Shown here piece after piece: positions 1 to 12,342 of a stretch of 64,000 nt of DNA. The notes beneath the pieces were generated by a model. It was not told the DNA's origin and made no database searches. It saw only the letters and a list, made by a program, of their open reading frames with translations. This stretch comes from Chrysochromulina tobinii (lineage: Eukaryota). The position numbers were made by a program, and so were the translations under genes. The stretch spans positions 1-64,000 of the forward strand of contig JWZX01003263.1 of the NCBI GenBank assembly GCA_001275005.1, given 5' to 3'. Positions within the stretch are counted from its first letter, which is position 1. Each line of letters starts with the position of its first letter.

Positions 1-578
1 CGCCCCAGCGGCTCGCCGCCCGGTGGTGGCGGGCGCATGTGCAACAGCATGCGCCCATCGGGCGTGGGGAGCTGGCACGCGGTGTCGATAACCCATCCGC
101 TGCGGCCGCCTGATGCCGGCGGCGGCCCGACGTGCTCCTCGTGCTGCCCGCCCGGTGGAGCTCCGAGCCCGCCCAGCCCCAGTCCACGCGCGCGCCCAAA
201 GATGATTGGCCCGGTCGCCGGCGGCGCGAACGATGGGTCCCACGCCTTCAAGGTCGCCAGGCTGGCGGCCACGCTGCCTAGCGCAGCCTGCATGCGCGTC
301 CCCCCGCCGCCGCCGTCGCCTCATGCGCACACGGCTCAAGGGGTTTCGTTACAATCGCGACGCTATAAAAATAGAATCTTGCCGGACCACACACACGGTA
401 AGAAGGGCGACGGGGGCAAGGGAGCCGGTTGGGGTGAGGGCGTCTCCTCGGGCACGGTTGCGAGAGGCCCAGAGATTTTTGGGTCGGCGCCAACAGCATC
501 CAGCCACTTGGGGCCAGCCGTGAGCCGTGAGCCGAGAGCAAGCCGAGAGCAAGAGCCGGGAGTGAGCCGCGAGCCGTG

Positions 579-1343
579 ATGGACCTCAAAGCCGATATGC
601 ACGCGCTGTTAAGCAGCATCGAAGATGAGGCCACCAGGCTTGGCTTGAGGATCAGCCTTGCAGAAATTGAGCAAGGCGCTGCTCATCTGCGCCAGAGAAT
701 TCAAGTGCTGGAGGAGCAAGCCGCTGAATTCGTCGTTGATGACGCTGCACACGTCGTCTTCAACGACGCACGCAACTTTGCCTCGCAGGACGATGGCGGC
801 TTTAGTGATGCAATTGAAGATGATTGGAGTGGCCGCTGCAACGTCGCCGAGCCCGCGCAAATTGACGGCCAGCAACAGCCTGCTCCAGAGCAGGCTACAG
901 ATGGTGACGTCGTGGATGAATCTGCCAACTTTGATCGCTGCGGCACATGGGGCTGTCTTTTGCCAGATAGGCACTCAGGCCTACATTCATTCGCTGCACC
1001 AGAAGGCCGTCGGCCACGTATCCCTGTGCTCCCTATTGGGAAGCAGGCAGGCCGTCGCCTCCAACGCATGCTCTTTGCGTGCTTAATCGCACAAGGCTCG
1101 GACGGACCTCTCCAAGGACGAAGAGGAAGGCCAACTTGGGTGACAGAAGTTCAGGCGTGGGCACATCATCAGACCCGCATGTGCCAGGCCCCTCGTCCTT
1201 TTTGGAAATGTCCACCAGCGAGACCAACTGGCTGCTTGGCGGTGTGCGCCGATTCTTGGAGAAGAAGCTGTCCACACCGCCTGAAAGCGATATCGTGCAG
1301 CAGACCTACACTTTTCACAAACGTCAATGATTCCCCGTCATGA
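579..1343 (+). CDS. Hypothetical protein with a small Cys/His motif (CGTWGCLLPDRHSGLH); 3' end uncertain
   Basis: ORF with a plausible acidic/helical N-terminus and a C-x4-C-x5-H-x3-H putative metal-binding motif; the sequence after ~1050 looks less coding-like. Confidence 0.4.
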   Translation: MDLKADMHALLSSIEDEATRLGLRISLAEIEQGAAHLRQRIQVLEEQAAEFVVDDAAHVVFNDARNFASQDDGGFSDAIEDDWSGRCNVAEPAQIDGQQQPAPEQATDGDVVDESANFDRCGTWGCLLPDRHSGLHSFAAPEGRRPRIPVLPIGKQAGRRLQRMLFACLIAQGSDGPLQGRRGRPTWVTEVQAWAHHQTRMCQAPRPFWKCPPARPTGCLAVCADSWRRSCPHRLKAISCSRPTLFTNVNDSPS

Positions 1344-1561
1344 CGAATGAGCTCACGCTCCTGGCACTCTACTGCTACTGGGAATACCTTCGATACCCGG
1401 AAACTTTGAATTCTTACGCCCACCGAAGTGGCCATGACGGGGGATCGCGGGGCGGCGCGCCTTTACTAGGATCAAGTTCTCCCCCCTCCCCCCTGTTTGC
1501 ATGCGGACGATAGCACCATCACAGCGCCGTCGAAACTTCCCAAGAAGCCGACCCTCCGCGC

Positions 1562-2506
1562 ATGCCGCAAGGCACGTTCTTCTTCTTCATCTGGACGACT
1601 CCGCCCGCCACGTTCCTCGCACGCCATTACCGGTGTATTGAGTCCATCTGCCGACATCATCCACGAGGCGTCATCCGCGGGCTGTCGAACACGCTCCCAA
1701 CCTCCTTCTTTGACGAGTTGAAGCGCGCAGACGTTGCATGCGACGTGGAGATCGAGAGGTACGATCTCGCGCAGCTCGTGCAAGGCTCGATCGCGCAGGT
1801 ATGGTACGACTTTCGCCGTTTCTGGAATCGGTCAGCATTCTTCCCAAACCACGAAGCCGACCTGCTGCGCCTACTCACCCTGAGGGATCGAGGTGGCACC
1901 TATGTGGACACCGACGTCATCTTCGTCAGCCCTTTGGCGCTCGGACCGGGCTGCCCAAACGCGGTCGGCATTGAGGCGGGCGACGGGGGCATGGGCGCGA
2001 CGCAGGCCGCGCAGCAGGCGAAGGCGGGTCGTGCTTCCTTCGACGCGAGCACTGCCGTTCTCTGCAATGCCGTGATGCATTTTCAGGCCGGGGCTCCTCT
2101 TCTGCAGCGTGCCATCGACGCGTTCGTGCGCGGCTACGTTCCGTACACCCCTGGGCTGAGCATGCTGGAGTTGCACGCGCTCGGTCAGTGGGGCGCCATG
2201 GGCCCGGTGCTGCTCTCACGCATGGTCCACGGCGCGCCGCCAGGCGAGGGCACCTGCGTCCTCGAGCGCAACGTTCTGTTCCCGCTCGAGCCGGGAGAAA
2301 CGGCCAGCTATTTCGGGCCGTGGGACGCGCGACGCGATGCGCCTGTCTGGGAGCGACTGCACACGCGCGCGGTCGCGGTGCATCTGTGGAATGCGCTGAC
2401 CAAGGCCACCTCCATCACGTGCGGCTCGCTCGTCCATCGGCTGCTCGAAGAGAATTGCGTCGTGTGCAAACGGCTCGGTTGCGAATCCATTGAAAAGCTT
2501 GCATAG
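1562..2506 (+). CDS. Glycosyltransferase family 32 (alpha-1,4-glycosyltransferase-like, DXD)
   Basis: RCIESI..HHP, ADLLRL..L...GGTYVDTDV (DXD), CNAVM.F, WG..GP.LL, AVHLWN motifs. Confidence 0.85.
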   Translation: MPQGTFFFFIWTTPPATFLARHYRCIESICRHHPRGVIRGLSNTLPTSFFDELKRADVACDVEIERYDLAQLVQGSIAQVWYDFRRFWNRSAFFPNHEADLLRLLTLRDRGGTYVDTDVIFVSPLALGPGCPNAVGIEAGDGGMGATQAAQQAKAGRASFDASTAVLCNAVMHFQAGAPLLQRAIDAFVRGYVPYTPGLSMLELHALGQWGAMGPVLLSRMVHGAPPGEGTCVLERNVLFPLEPGETASYFGPWDARRDAPVWERLHTRAVAVHLWNALTKATSITCGSLVHRLLEENCVVCKRLGCESIEKLA

Positions 2507-2879
2507 TGACTTGAAAAGGTGTTTCCTGTGACATTAGATTCCCAAACGGGTGTAGGGGTGGGCCCTCATAAACATGACAAATAGTCTAGACCCGCTCCCC
2601 TCGCGCTTCGCTTTCTGCATTCTGGGTCGAGATCGTCAACATACAACCGAACAAGAGTCTCAAGCGATACAAGAATATTCAATCGATATCTCAGTAACAG
2701 GAAACAGCTCTAACGACTCAGACACGGTACTCGGTGTGGGATTTCAGGGTTCGGTCGCTTCGGTACTCGGCGGGATTCCGGGTTTGCCCCCTCCGCCCTT
2801 GGTTTGGTACCTCTTGCCCTTTAATACGGTCCGGTTCCGTCCGCCCTTTTTGGTACTCTCTCGCCCGGCCTCATCGCTC

Positions 2880-5800
2880 TCATTGATAATACACTTGGAT
2901 TTGCGGCTGGGGCTGCATCATCATGGGCTGCATCATCATCGGCTGGTAGGCGGGAATGCCACCATACATGACCGTGGAGGTGAAGCTCGTTGTCGTCGAG
3001 GTCGTGCCGGGGTACGCGCTCGCCACAGGCATGCCATACGGATTGGCGTACGGGTTGACGGTGCCATACGGGTTGACGGTGCCATACGGGTTTGGCGGCT
3101 GCGCCATTGCTAACGGCTGCGCCAACGCAATCGGCTGCGCCATCGCAATCGGCTGCTGGTACGGCGTGAGCGGCGCGGGCTGCGCCATCACAAGGGACGG
3201 CTTCCTATTTAGGGCGGCCGGCTTCAGATTCCACAGTCCCTCGATCTCCTTGAGGCTCACGCGCTTTTCGGCGACCATCGACTCGGTCACGTCGAGCCAC
3301 GACTTGAAGAAGTCCCTCGTCGTGCCCGCCTGCTTTGGGGGCCACTCGGAGTCAAACAGTCGCAATCGGAGGCACTCAGAGGCACTCAGAGGCGCTCAGA
3401 GGCGCTCGGAGGCACTCGTAGGCAAGCTGAGGCACTCTGAGGCCATCAGATGAAATGAAGGGGAATCAAGGGCTGCGTGGGGGGGTGGCCCACCTGCTCA
3501 AACTGGGCATCGTCGACGGTGTTGAACCAGATCATCGTCCAGTCATCCTGTACACCTGCTTCCTTCTTGTACTCCGCGGCGAGCGCGTCAAAGTACCCTC
3601 GCAGCAGGCCGTGCGAGCTCTCCGTGGGCGGGTTGGCGAGGAGCAACCGTTGGTAGTGATCGGCCTTTCGCTCCTTGCCCATTTCATGGTACCTGATGAG
3701 CGCATCCCATGCGTACACGGATGCACAATCAGCTGCGCAATCAGATGAGTACTTGCGGTACTGACTAGCCCACATGCTGACGAGCGAGGCAATCAGCTGC
3801 GCAGTCAGCTTGCGTACTTGCGGTACTTGCTCGTCCACATGCCAACTTTGGCACGGTAGAGAGGCTCGGACGGCTTGTGGTCTCGGCTGACGAGCTCGTC
3901 ATCCTCCGAGATCTCGTTGTCGAGCTCGTTGTGGAACCCACTCGAGAGGGCGATGGCGCCCGCGATGGAGCCCGCGTCCTCGGCCTTGCTCGGAACCTCG
4001 ATCTTCTTCTGCGGCTGGCCGAGTTGGTCCGGCAGGTCGATCCACGCGACCGCCAGCCGCTTGTAATTGCCCTTCAGGGTCGCTGTTAGGACGCGCGCGA
4101 GGGTCTCGTTGTACTTCTTCTCGAAGGCGAGCGCAATAGCTTTCACCTCATCCTTGTCGTGTGCGCCCAGGATGCGGCACACGCGCCTGTCATTGGTTTC
4201 GGAGCCTGAGAGAGCTGCCTTGAGCTGCGCCGCGTACCTGAGCGGGAGTCAGTGGCACTCGGTGAGTCGTCATCATGAGTCGTCATCTGCTGGTCGCACA
4301 GCCAAGGGGGGAGTGTCGGCTGATCACAGCTAAGGGATTAGTGTCAGCTGATCACAGCCCATCAGAGGTTCGTCAATTGTGTCAGCTGATCACAGCCCAT
4401 CAGCTGGTAGAGGGTAGGGGGTTAGGGGGTAGGGGGAAGGGTAGGGGGTAGGGTGGATAGCGTACCACTCGGCCGGCCCTTGGAGAAGTGCGAGGAGAGC
4501 GTCCTTGACGGGGCCCGAGTACTCCTGCGTGAGCGCCCGCTTGAGTGACGTGTTGTATGCCTCCTCATAGTACTTAGCCACCATCGCGTTCTGCGGCGCC
4601 GAGTTGTCGCAGAGGGTCTCGATGTAGTCGATCGCGCCTTCGTGCAGCTGATGGGCCTGGCGACGAGCGAGGGGTTCGTCAATCTTGTCGTCGTCCACGT
4701 CGCGCTTGCCCTTGAGCATCCGCAGCGCCAGCGCCTGCATTCGAGGGATTCAGAGACACCCAGAGGCACTTAGAGGCCATCCGAGGCTATCCGAGGCCAT
4801 CCGAGGCCATCCGAGGCCATCCGAGGCTATCCGAGGCCTTCCCAGACCCTCAATGGCCCATCACGGTGCATGCATCCAATCACGGTGCATGCATCCCATC
4901 ACGGTGCATGCGTCCCCCACGCGCACCTGCATGTCGCCACTCAACTCATCCGCGAGTTTGTCGACGAGTGAGTCATCATGGTACCCTTCCCACTTGGCCT
5001 TGGCAGCGCGCACGCGCCGCGGGTGGCGCGCGCAGAGGAACTCGACGAGAGCCCCATGGTCAACAGACGAGCCCTCCATGGCGAGGTCAAGAATCATCAG
5101 GTCCGCCTGCTCGGCCAGGGCGGCGCTTGGTCAGAGAGGCAATCAGAGGCCATCAGAAGAGGCCATCAGAAGAGGCCATCAAGAGGCAAGTAACGGCGCT
5201 CGCCTGCTCGGCCTGCACCACCAAGAACTTGGCGAGGTACGCATACCAATCGGAGCCGAAGAGTGAGCTCCCGCCGATCTCGTCGTTGATGAGCTCCTGT
5301 AACGGTTTCCCGTAAGCTTCACGGTAGCCGAGGTTGACGCGTGCGAGCGCGCGCTTGTCGCGCGTCGCGAATGCGCGAATGAGGGCGGTGTCGTCCGTGC
5401 CCCACCCTTTGATGGCTTCGTGGATCGTCTCGACGTCCAGGTACGCGACGAAGACCTGATGGAGAAGGCAATCAGAGGCGCTATTAGAGGCCATCAGAGG
5501 TCATCAGAGGTCATGAATGGTCATGGTCGCATACCAGCAAGCTCTCATGCTCAAGGAAGAGGTAATCAGAGGCCATTAATGGTCATTAGAGGTCATCAGA
5601 GGTCATTAATGGTCGCATACCAGCAAGCTCTCATGCTCGAGGAAGAGGTAATCGAGCATGCTCGCCATCGACGGCGCGTCGCCCTTGTGCGTCGTGGCCA
5701 CGTCCACCTCGGTGAATATCTCGGCGCCCGAGCTCGGGTCGTGGAAGCTCCGCAACCAGAAGAGCGCGGCTGAGAGCAGGTTGTTCGTCGTGCTGATCGT

Positions 5801-7787
5801 GCCCGCATCGTACTCGGAACGGGGCGAGAGCGCCGCGCGAAGCGCCGACCAGAGCGGCTGGCTGTACTTGCGCTCGAAGGCCTCGGCGACGCCGACCATC
5901 TTGGGCCCATCGAGCCCGCCGAGCAGGCGTGAGAGGACCTAATGAAGGAGGCCATCCGCGGTCATTAAAGGCCATCAGAGGTCATTCAGGGTCCTCAGGG
6001 GTCATTGGGGGCCGTCAGAGGTCATTCGAGGCTAGCAGGGGTCATGAAGGGTCCTCAGAGGTTATGAGAGGTCTTCAGAGGTCCCATCGCAGCTCCATCG
6101 TAGTCCTCAGAAGTCCTCAGAGGTTATTAGAGGTCATTAGAGGGCCATCAGAGGTAATGAGAGGTCCCATCGCAGCTCTGTCGTACGTCTTTGTTCGTAA
6201 ACCAGCCCTCCATCGCGTCATGCAGCCGCATCGCGATGAAGTCGGCTGTGGGAAGTAAGAGGGCGCTCAGCGCGAAGTAGAGGCGTGAGCCGCACTTGTC
6301 GTTGAGCGCCGCACTGAGCGACTGGTCGAACTTCTTCTCATACAGCGCCGCAACGAGCATCTGATGAGGGACGCAATCAGAGGTCATCGGAGGCGATCAG
6401 AGGCGATCCGAGGCACTCTTCTCAATAGCGTCGTGGCGAGCACATTCTGCGCGCGCGAGTTGGCGCCGATGATCTCGATGATCAGCGACTGGTCGGCTTC
6501 CTCGAAGAAGCCTTTGGCGCACCTGATTGAGGGATGCAAGGACAGGTCATACGAGGCACTCACAGGTCATTAGAGGCCATCACAGGTCATTAGAGAGCCA
6601 TCACAGGTCATCAGAGAGCCATCCAATTTCATTAAGGGCCATCAGAGGTCAATCCCACTCCGTTCGAAGTAGCCCTCGGCGCACTCGTCGTGCAGCTGCT
6701 GCGCTTGCTCAGCCGCGCGGGCCGCGTCGCTCGTGTCACTCTCGTCGCGATCTCCCTTGTACAGTAGATAGATCAGGCGCTTGAGATGCGTGTACCTGAT
6801 GAGAGGGACGTAATCAGACCCAATCAGACGCAATCCGACGCAATCAGCCAACTGATGATGAGGGACGCAATCAGAGTCCATCAGAGAGGCCCTCAGAGGC
6901 CCATCAGATGGCTGATTGCGTCTGATTGCGTCTGATTGGGTCTGATTGCGTCTGATGAGGGATGCAATCAGAGGCCCATCATATGGGCCTCGGCAGCTGC
7001 GTACGTGCCGCTCGGCCACGTGAGCTCCTTGGTCACGTAATCGATCAGTGACCTGTCCGTCCGTCCCTCCCACTTTCGCTTGCCCGCCTGCAGCTCCGAC
7101 TGGGTCTGCGTCACGAAGAGCTCGATGAGGCAAGTTTCGTCGCAGCCGAGGCTCGTGAGGATCGACGCGTCGCACGCGAGATCGATCATGTCGGCCACGT
7201 ACCTGACGAGAGAGGCCATCAGAGAGCGCACTCAGAGCGCGCACGCAGAGGCCCACTCAGAGGCCATCAGAGGCGCAAGCAGCGACGTACTCGTCGGGCG
7301 CCGCCATCCCGAAGAACATCATGCGGCCATAGCCGCCGCTACCCGTCTCGCCCTTGACCTCGGCGCGCATGTCCTTGTCGTACAGCTCCCGGTACTGCCG
7401 GCGCGTGCGCGCCAGCTGGCTCTTGGTCCTCGTGCACAGGCACGCGATCAACTTGCGGTCGTTGCGGCCCAGGCCGAGGAAGCCGCCGTCGGCGGCCTCC
7501 TTGACGGTCTGGGCGTCATAGATGGCCACGTACTCCTTGAGACGCCGGTTGTGCGCCTGCAGCCGCGTGCAGCACTCCGTCATGACCTTCGCGTCGTCGG
7601 CGTGCTCCTCTCTCGCCTTGAGGCACGAGGCAATGAAGGTCTCGTTGCCCGCCTTGGTTTTCACCGACTCGGCCTCGGCGATCGTGAGATTGTCGCGAGC
7701 CACCTCGGCGCGCGTCGAGCCCCGCTCGGCCTCGGTCACACGCGCATCCTTGATCGTCTCCACGGGGGCGCTCGCGCCGCAGCCCAT
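2880..7787 (-). CDS. Multi-exon annexin with 8 annexin repeats, N-terminal MGCGAS acylation motif and Pro/Gln/Tyr-rich C-tail
   Basis: Annexin repeats such as EAIKGWGTDDTALIRAFATR, GLGRNDRKLIACLCTRTKSQL and LGCDETCLIELF. The frame is kept by introns 7203-7290, 6796-7004, 6523-6684, 6361-6443, 5939-6186, 5456-5620, 5107-5203 (GC-AG), 4735-4926, 4238-4465, 3693-3817 and ~3375-3493 (last acceptor uncertain). Confidence 0.85.
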
Positions 7788-8020
7788 GATGCAGGGGATT
7801 ATCGGAACAGTTTGTGTGGAACGGGCGGTTAAATATGAATACATGTATGGCAGCTTGTGTGAGCGAAACAGCAGACCCACAAAGACAAGTCAAGTTAAGT
7901 CAATCCTCTATTTTCGGGGAGACAAGGTCGGTCCTCAAACGCCCTGTGCGGAATTTTTCAACTGTCAAAAGAAGCCACGCTTGCGGACGGCTGGTGTCTC
8001 ACCGCGACGTCCACCAGCCG

Positions 8021-10840
8021 ATGCCGTGCTCGTTGAGTGCATTGCGCTCCTCCCATGCGCCAACTCCACAGCTCTCGGCTGCCTCGTTAGAGCTGCAGCA
8101 GTGGCTGCTCGTCGAGGCCAAGATCCCCGAGGCACGCATGGCGGCGCTCCTCAAGATTCTCGAGGACAACTGGATCGCCGACGTCGCCACGCTCGTCAAG
8201 TCTGTGTCCGTGCTGGAGAAGCACTTGCCCGCGGCGGCCTACGTGGCCATCAAGAGTGCTGCGGTCGCCGCTTCCATATCTGCCACGTCACCCGAGAGGA
8301 ACCACGGCCGTGCTGCCGTCGCGTCCATCGCCGACACCGCCTCCGAGGTGGCTGCGCCCGATCCACCGGGTGGCGTCTCGACGCCGATGAAGTTTGGGAA
8401 CGAGTCGCGATTGGAAACCTCGATCCGCACCAATGTGGCGCAGCCGCCGCGCTCGCCGCAGCGCCTCCAACGCGGCGGCGCCTCGACGTTCGAGGATCCG
8501 CTCGCCGAGCGCGAGCGCGCGCTGCGCCGCGCCGAGTTCAAGGCTGAGACGCAGCGGCACCGCGCGCAGCTGCAGAGGGCGTCCCGCATGACGCTCGCAC
8601 CTGACGGCTGGGCGGCGCGCGTGTGGGAGCACGGCGTCCTCGCGCTCGCGGTGCTCTTTGTCCTCGTCGTCACGCCGCTGGAGCTGGGCGTGCTGCTTCA
8701 CAGCGGGGAGAGCGTCGCGTACGAGGGCGGGACGCAGCGCCCCTTTTCGCCGTTCTGGTGGGCGAATCGGCTCGTCGAGCTCATCCTGTGGGACGGACGT
8801 GCTCTTCCGCTTCCACGTCGCCTTCCGTGAGCCCGACGCGTCCGGTGGTCGGTTGGTGTACGCTCGTGGGCGCATCGCGCGCCGTTACGTGTGCTCGTAT
8901 CTCGCGCTCGATCTGCTCGCGGCGGCGCCTATCGAGCTCTCGATCTGGGCGATGCGCAATCTGGTGCTCCGCGGAGAGCTCCGCAGCCTCGACGCGTTCC
9001 ACGTGGGCACGTACGAGGCTCTCTACCGGCTCACCCGCCTCGCGAAGCTGCTGCGCCCGGGGCACGTGTACGGGTGGCTCCCCTCGGCGCGGGCGCAGGC
9101 GCGCCAGCCGGTGCTCACGACGGCGCTGCTGCTCGGGCTCGGCGCGCTGTTGCTGGCGCACTGGCTCGCGTGCACGTGGGCCTTTGTTGGGCTGCGCACT
9201 GCCGAGCCTCTGCTCGCGCACGTCGCGCCGCCGCCCTCGCCGCCCTTGCCGCCGCCCGCCCGCCCGCCCCTGTGGAGTTACAACGCCTCTGAAGCCGCCG
9301 AGCTCGCCGCCGAGGCGGTCGCGACGGCGATGACCAGTGCCAGGGCCCGTGCCGGGGCCGGGGCTGGGCCGCCGTGGATCGCGCCGCCTCTCTTGGCCAG
9401 CTCGTCCTGGATAGGGTCTGCAGGCCTCCTTGACCCCCCAGCGCACGACGGCGACCCCCCGACTCTCCCTCGCCCCTCGAGGCTCTACGCGGCGGCTCTG
9501 CGCGCGGCGGCCGCGTTGGTCTTCGGCTTGGGTGGCGGCGGGCCGGCGCCGGTGACGTGGCAGGAGCAGTACGTGGCCGTGGCTCTGCGTCTGGGTGCCA
9601 CCGCGTGCTGGCTGCACGCCCTCATGTACGGCTGCGCGGTGCTCCTCGCCGCGGCCGCGCCGGGTGCGCTGCGCTACCGAGAGACCTTCGAAGACGTGGG
9701 CACGCTCTGCCGCGAGGGTCAGCTACCCTCGAGCCTCCAGCGGCGCCTGCGTGCCTACTTTCGGAACGTACCCGCCCTCGAGGGCGCCGAGCGCCGTGTC
9801 GAGCTCCTCGAGCGCACGCCCCCCCACCTTCGGCTGGAGGCAGCGTTCGCTATGGCGCCCGGGCTCTTGGGCGCGGTGCCCTTCCTCGCGCCCACCTTCC
9901 TCGTGCCGTCGGTGCTCGGCGCGGCGCGACGCGGCGTGGCGGCGTTGCCTCTGGAGAAAGTCTTCATCGGATCCGTTGTGCTCGCTTTGCTGCCCGTCAT
10001 CCACTGCCCCCGTGAGTACCTCGCCGCCGACGCGCTCTCGATTGTCGAAAAGGGGCGCGCGGCGCTCAAGGGACGCGTGCTGCGCGCGGGCGGCGCATTC
10101 GGCCTCGACGTGCTGCTTGCTCGAGCGGACCTTCGCGACGCAGCGCCCGCCATAGCGCTCACGCACTGCCAGCTACTTCGCCTCTCCCGCGACGCCCTTC
10201 TCACTCTCGCCGCCCCCCACCCAGCTGCCTCCCATGCACTTCGTGTCGTCGCGATCCATCGGGCCCTGCGCCGGGGGTTTGTCCTCGCCGCACGCCACCG
10301 CCGGCACAGCCTGCTGCGCCGGGACCCGTCGGCAAGCGACGCGCTCACGACGGCGCTCGCCGGCGACCGCGCCGCCGCCGGCCGAGGCCGTGGCGCCCAC
10401 GACGGCGCCGCCACCCTCCTCGCCCTCGCCTGCGCGCGCCGTGCTGAGCTCCACTTACGATCTGCTTCCCCCGTGGTACTGCGCGGAAGCGCCGCCGTGG
10501 GCACGTCCGGAAGCGCCGCCGCCGCCGCCGCACGCAGGCGCCGTCGTGAGCGCGCCTCTCGGCGGGGGGTCGGAGGCGTTGGGCGAGGCACGCACGCGCG
10601 CGCTCGTCACGGCGCTCGAGGCGCGCGTCCTCGCCAAGCTGGGCGCGCTCACGACGGCGCCCGCCCCGTGGGTGAAGCCGCGCGGTGCGGACGAGTCGGC
10701 GCCGTCGTGGGCACCTGCAGGGGGCAGCCTCGTGCGGCGTAGCTCGCCCGACCGGTCGGAGGACGCGGACGACCCTCGCCTCGCTATCCTGCGCGCCGGG
10801 GCGAGCCGCCGCAGACAGTCTCGGATGCTCGCAGAGGAGC

Positions 10841-10875
<35 letters not shown>

Positions 10876-11472
10876 ATCGGTTGCAGCGGTGGCAGCGGTG
10901 GCATCGGTGGCGGCGGCATCAGCTGCGAGCCAGCGCGTCGCGGGTCGCCCGGCACGGCGCGTCACGGGTCGCCCGGCACGGCGCCGCGGCGCTGCAGCAG
11001 CCACCGGGTGCAAGCTAATCAGAGCCCCCATCACGTGCACCACACGCCCGCGCGTGCGGCGAGCGCTCGCCATCTCGTGAATGCCCGAGACAGCGCTCGC
11101 CATCTCGTGAATGCCCGAGACAGCGCGCGCGGGGCGTCGAAGGAGAACCATCTGGTCGCGCCGCCCATCCACAGCCGGCAGGCATTCCCACAGGCGACCG
11201 CTGCTCTCCTCGATCGGATCGAGCGGCTCGAGCTGGCGGCCGCGAAGCCGATGGCGTCGTCGTGGGCTGCCGCCGCCGGCCATGCGCCGCCGCCCACGAC
11301 GACGCCTAGCACGCCGCCCAGCCATGGGCCGAGCGGCCCTTCGAGGCTTTCTCCGATGCGCCCTTCGAGGCTGTCTCCGCCCCTGAGCGCCGAGGCGCGC
11401 TATGCTCGAAGCGTCGCCATGGCACAAGCTGGCGAGCAGCAGCCTCCGGGCAGTGGCGCTCTGAAATGCTGA
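8021..11472 (+). CDS. Cyclic-nucleotide-binding-domain (KCNH/CNG-like) ion channel with SAM-like N-terminus; apparent frameshifts at ~8790 and ~10520
   Basis: VTPLELG, DVLFRFHVAF, IARRY..SYLALDLLAA.P, S4-like YRLTRLAKLLR, LAHWLACTW, C-linker LQRRLRAYF and a CNBD-like tail, spread over three frames (ORFs 7814, 8658, 10234). Confidence 0.7.
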
Positions 11473-11571
11473 CCGTCGAGGGGCCGGTATGTTATTCTCC
11501 GATGCACAACTTCAAACTTGAAATAAGCGAGCACCTCTCGCTCACGACGGCTCCTGGCAGGGCGAACATAC

Positions 11572-12292
11572 ATGCAAGCGCTCGCAGCGATGTGCTGTCC
11601 ATTCGGCTCATCCAGCATCCCAATTGTGGAGATGACGAGCTTTGCGGACAAGGATAGCGCCGTGATGTCCAACGGGGAGGACGGTCCGTCGCTCGCCCAG
11701 CAGGCCGCCCAGCAGGCCAAGGGGTTGATGGGGAAAATCGCCGCGCCGATCAAAGAGCTCGAAAAGGAGCGCGCCCGCGACAAGAAGCTCGACGAGCTCA
11801 AGGCCGGCGCGATGATGCAGCTGCTGCCAGACGGGAAACAACGCCAAAGTCTCACGGTCAAGGTTGCGGTCTCACCCGATGGCGCGATGGTCACATGGGC
11901 GGGCACGGGGGTCTCAGGCGTGATGGCGTTGGCCGCTATCCGTGAGGTGAAACCGATCATGAAATCAGGCATCGTGTTCGTCAGCGAGCCGACGATCATC
12001 CCGAACCAGTTCAAGCTGATCGCAGAAGATCAGGCGGTGGGCTTTGAGGCGAAGGACGAGGAGGTGAAGGAGAAGTGGATGAGCACGCTCCAGGAGTGGC
12101 TCCGTAGCAGCCGCGCAGGCAAAAGTAGGACGTAACACGATGCAGAAGCAGGTAAAGCGGGAAATGGGTCTTGAGGAGAGGAGAAGAGCGAACGAGCGGC
12201 GCAAGGCTGAGATCATCAAGGGTGCCGGTGGGATGAAGCACACAGCAGCGGCGAAGATGAATCGGGGAGGAGCCAAAGAGGAAGAATACTAA
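11572..12292 (+). CDS. PH-like domain protein, paralog of 12343-13032; +1 frameshift at ~12098
   Basis: High similarity to the convergent minus-strand copy; removing one G restores SVAAAQAKVGRNTMQKQVKREMGLEERR...MKHTAAAKM to TAA at 12290-12292. Confidence 0.7.
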
Positions 12293-12342
12293 AGGTTTTC
12301 TTTTTACTAAGACCACAGATCGTTCATCGCACGGGGCGGGCA

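Noticed and set aside
4405..4456. Telomere-like GGGTAGGGGGTTAGGG tract
   Set aside because: Short, irregular and inside an annexin intron; only one TTAGGG, so not a chromosome end.
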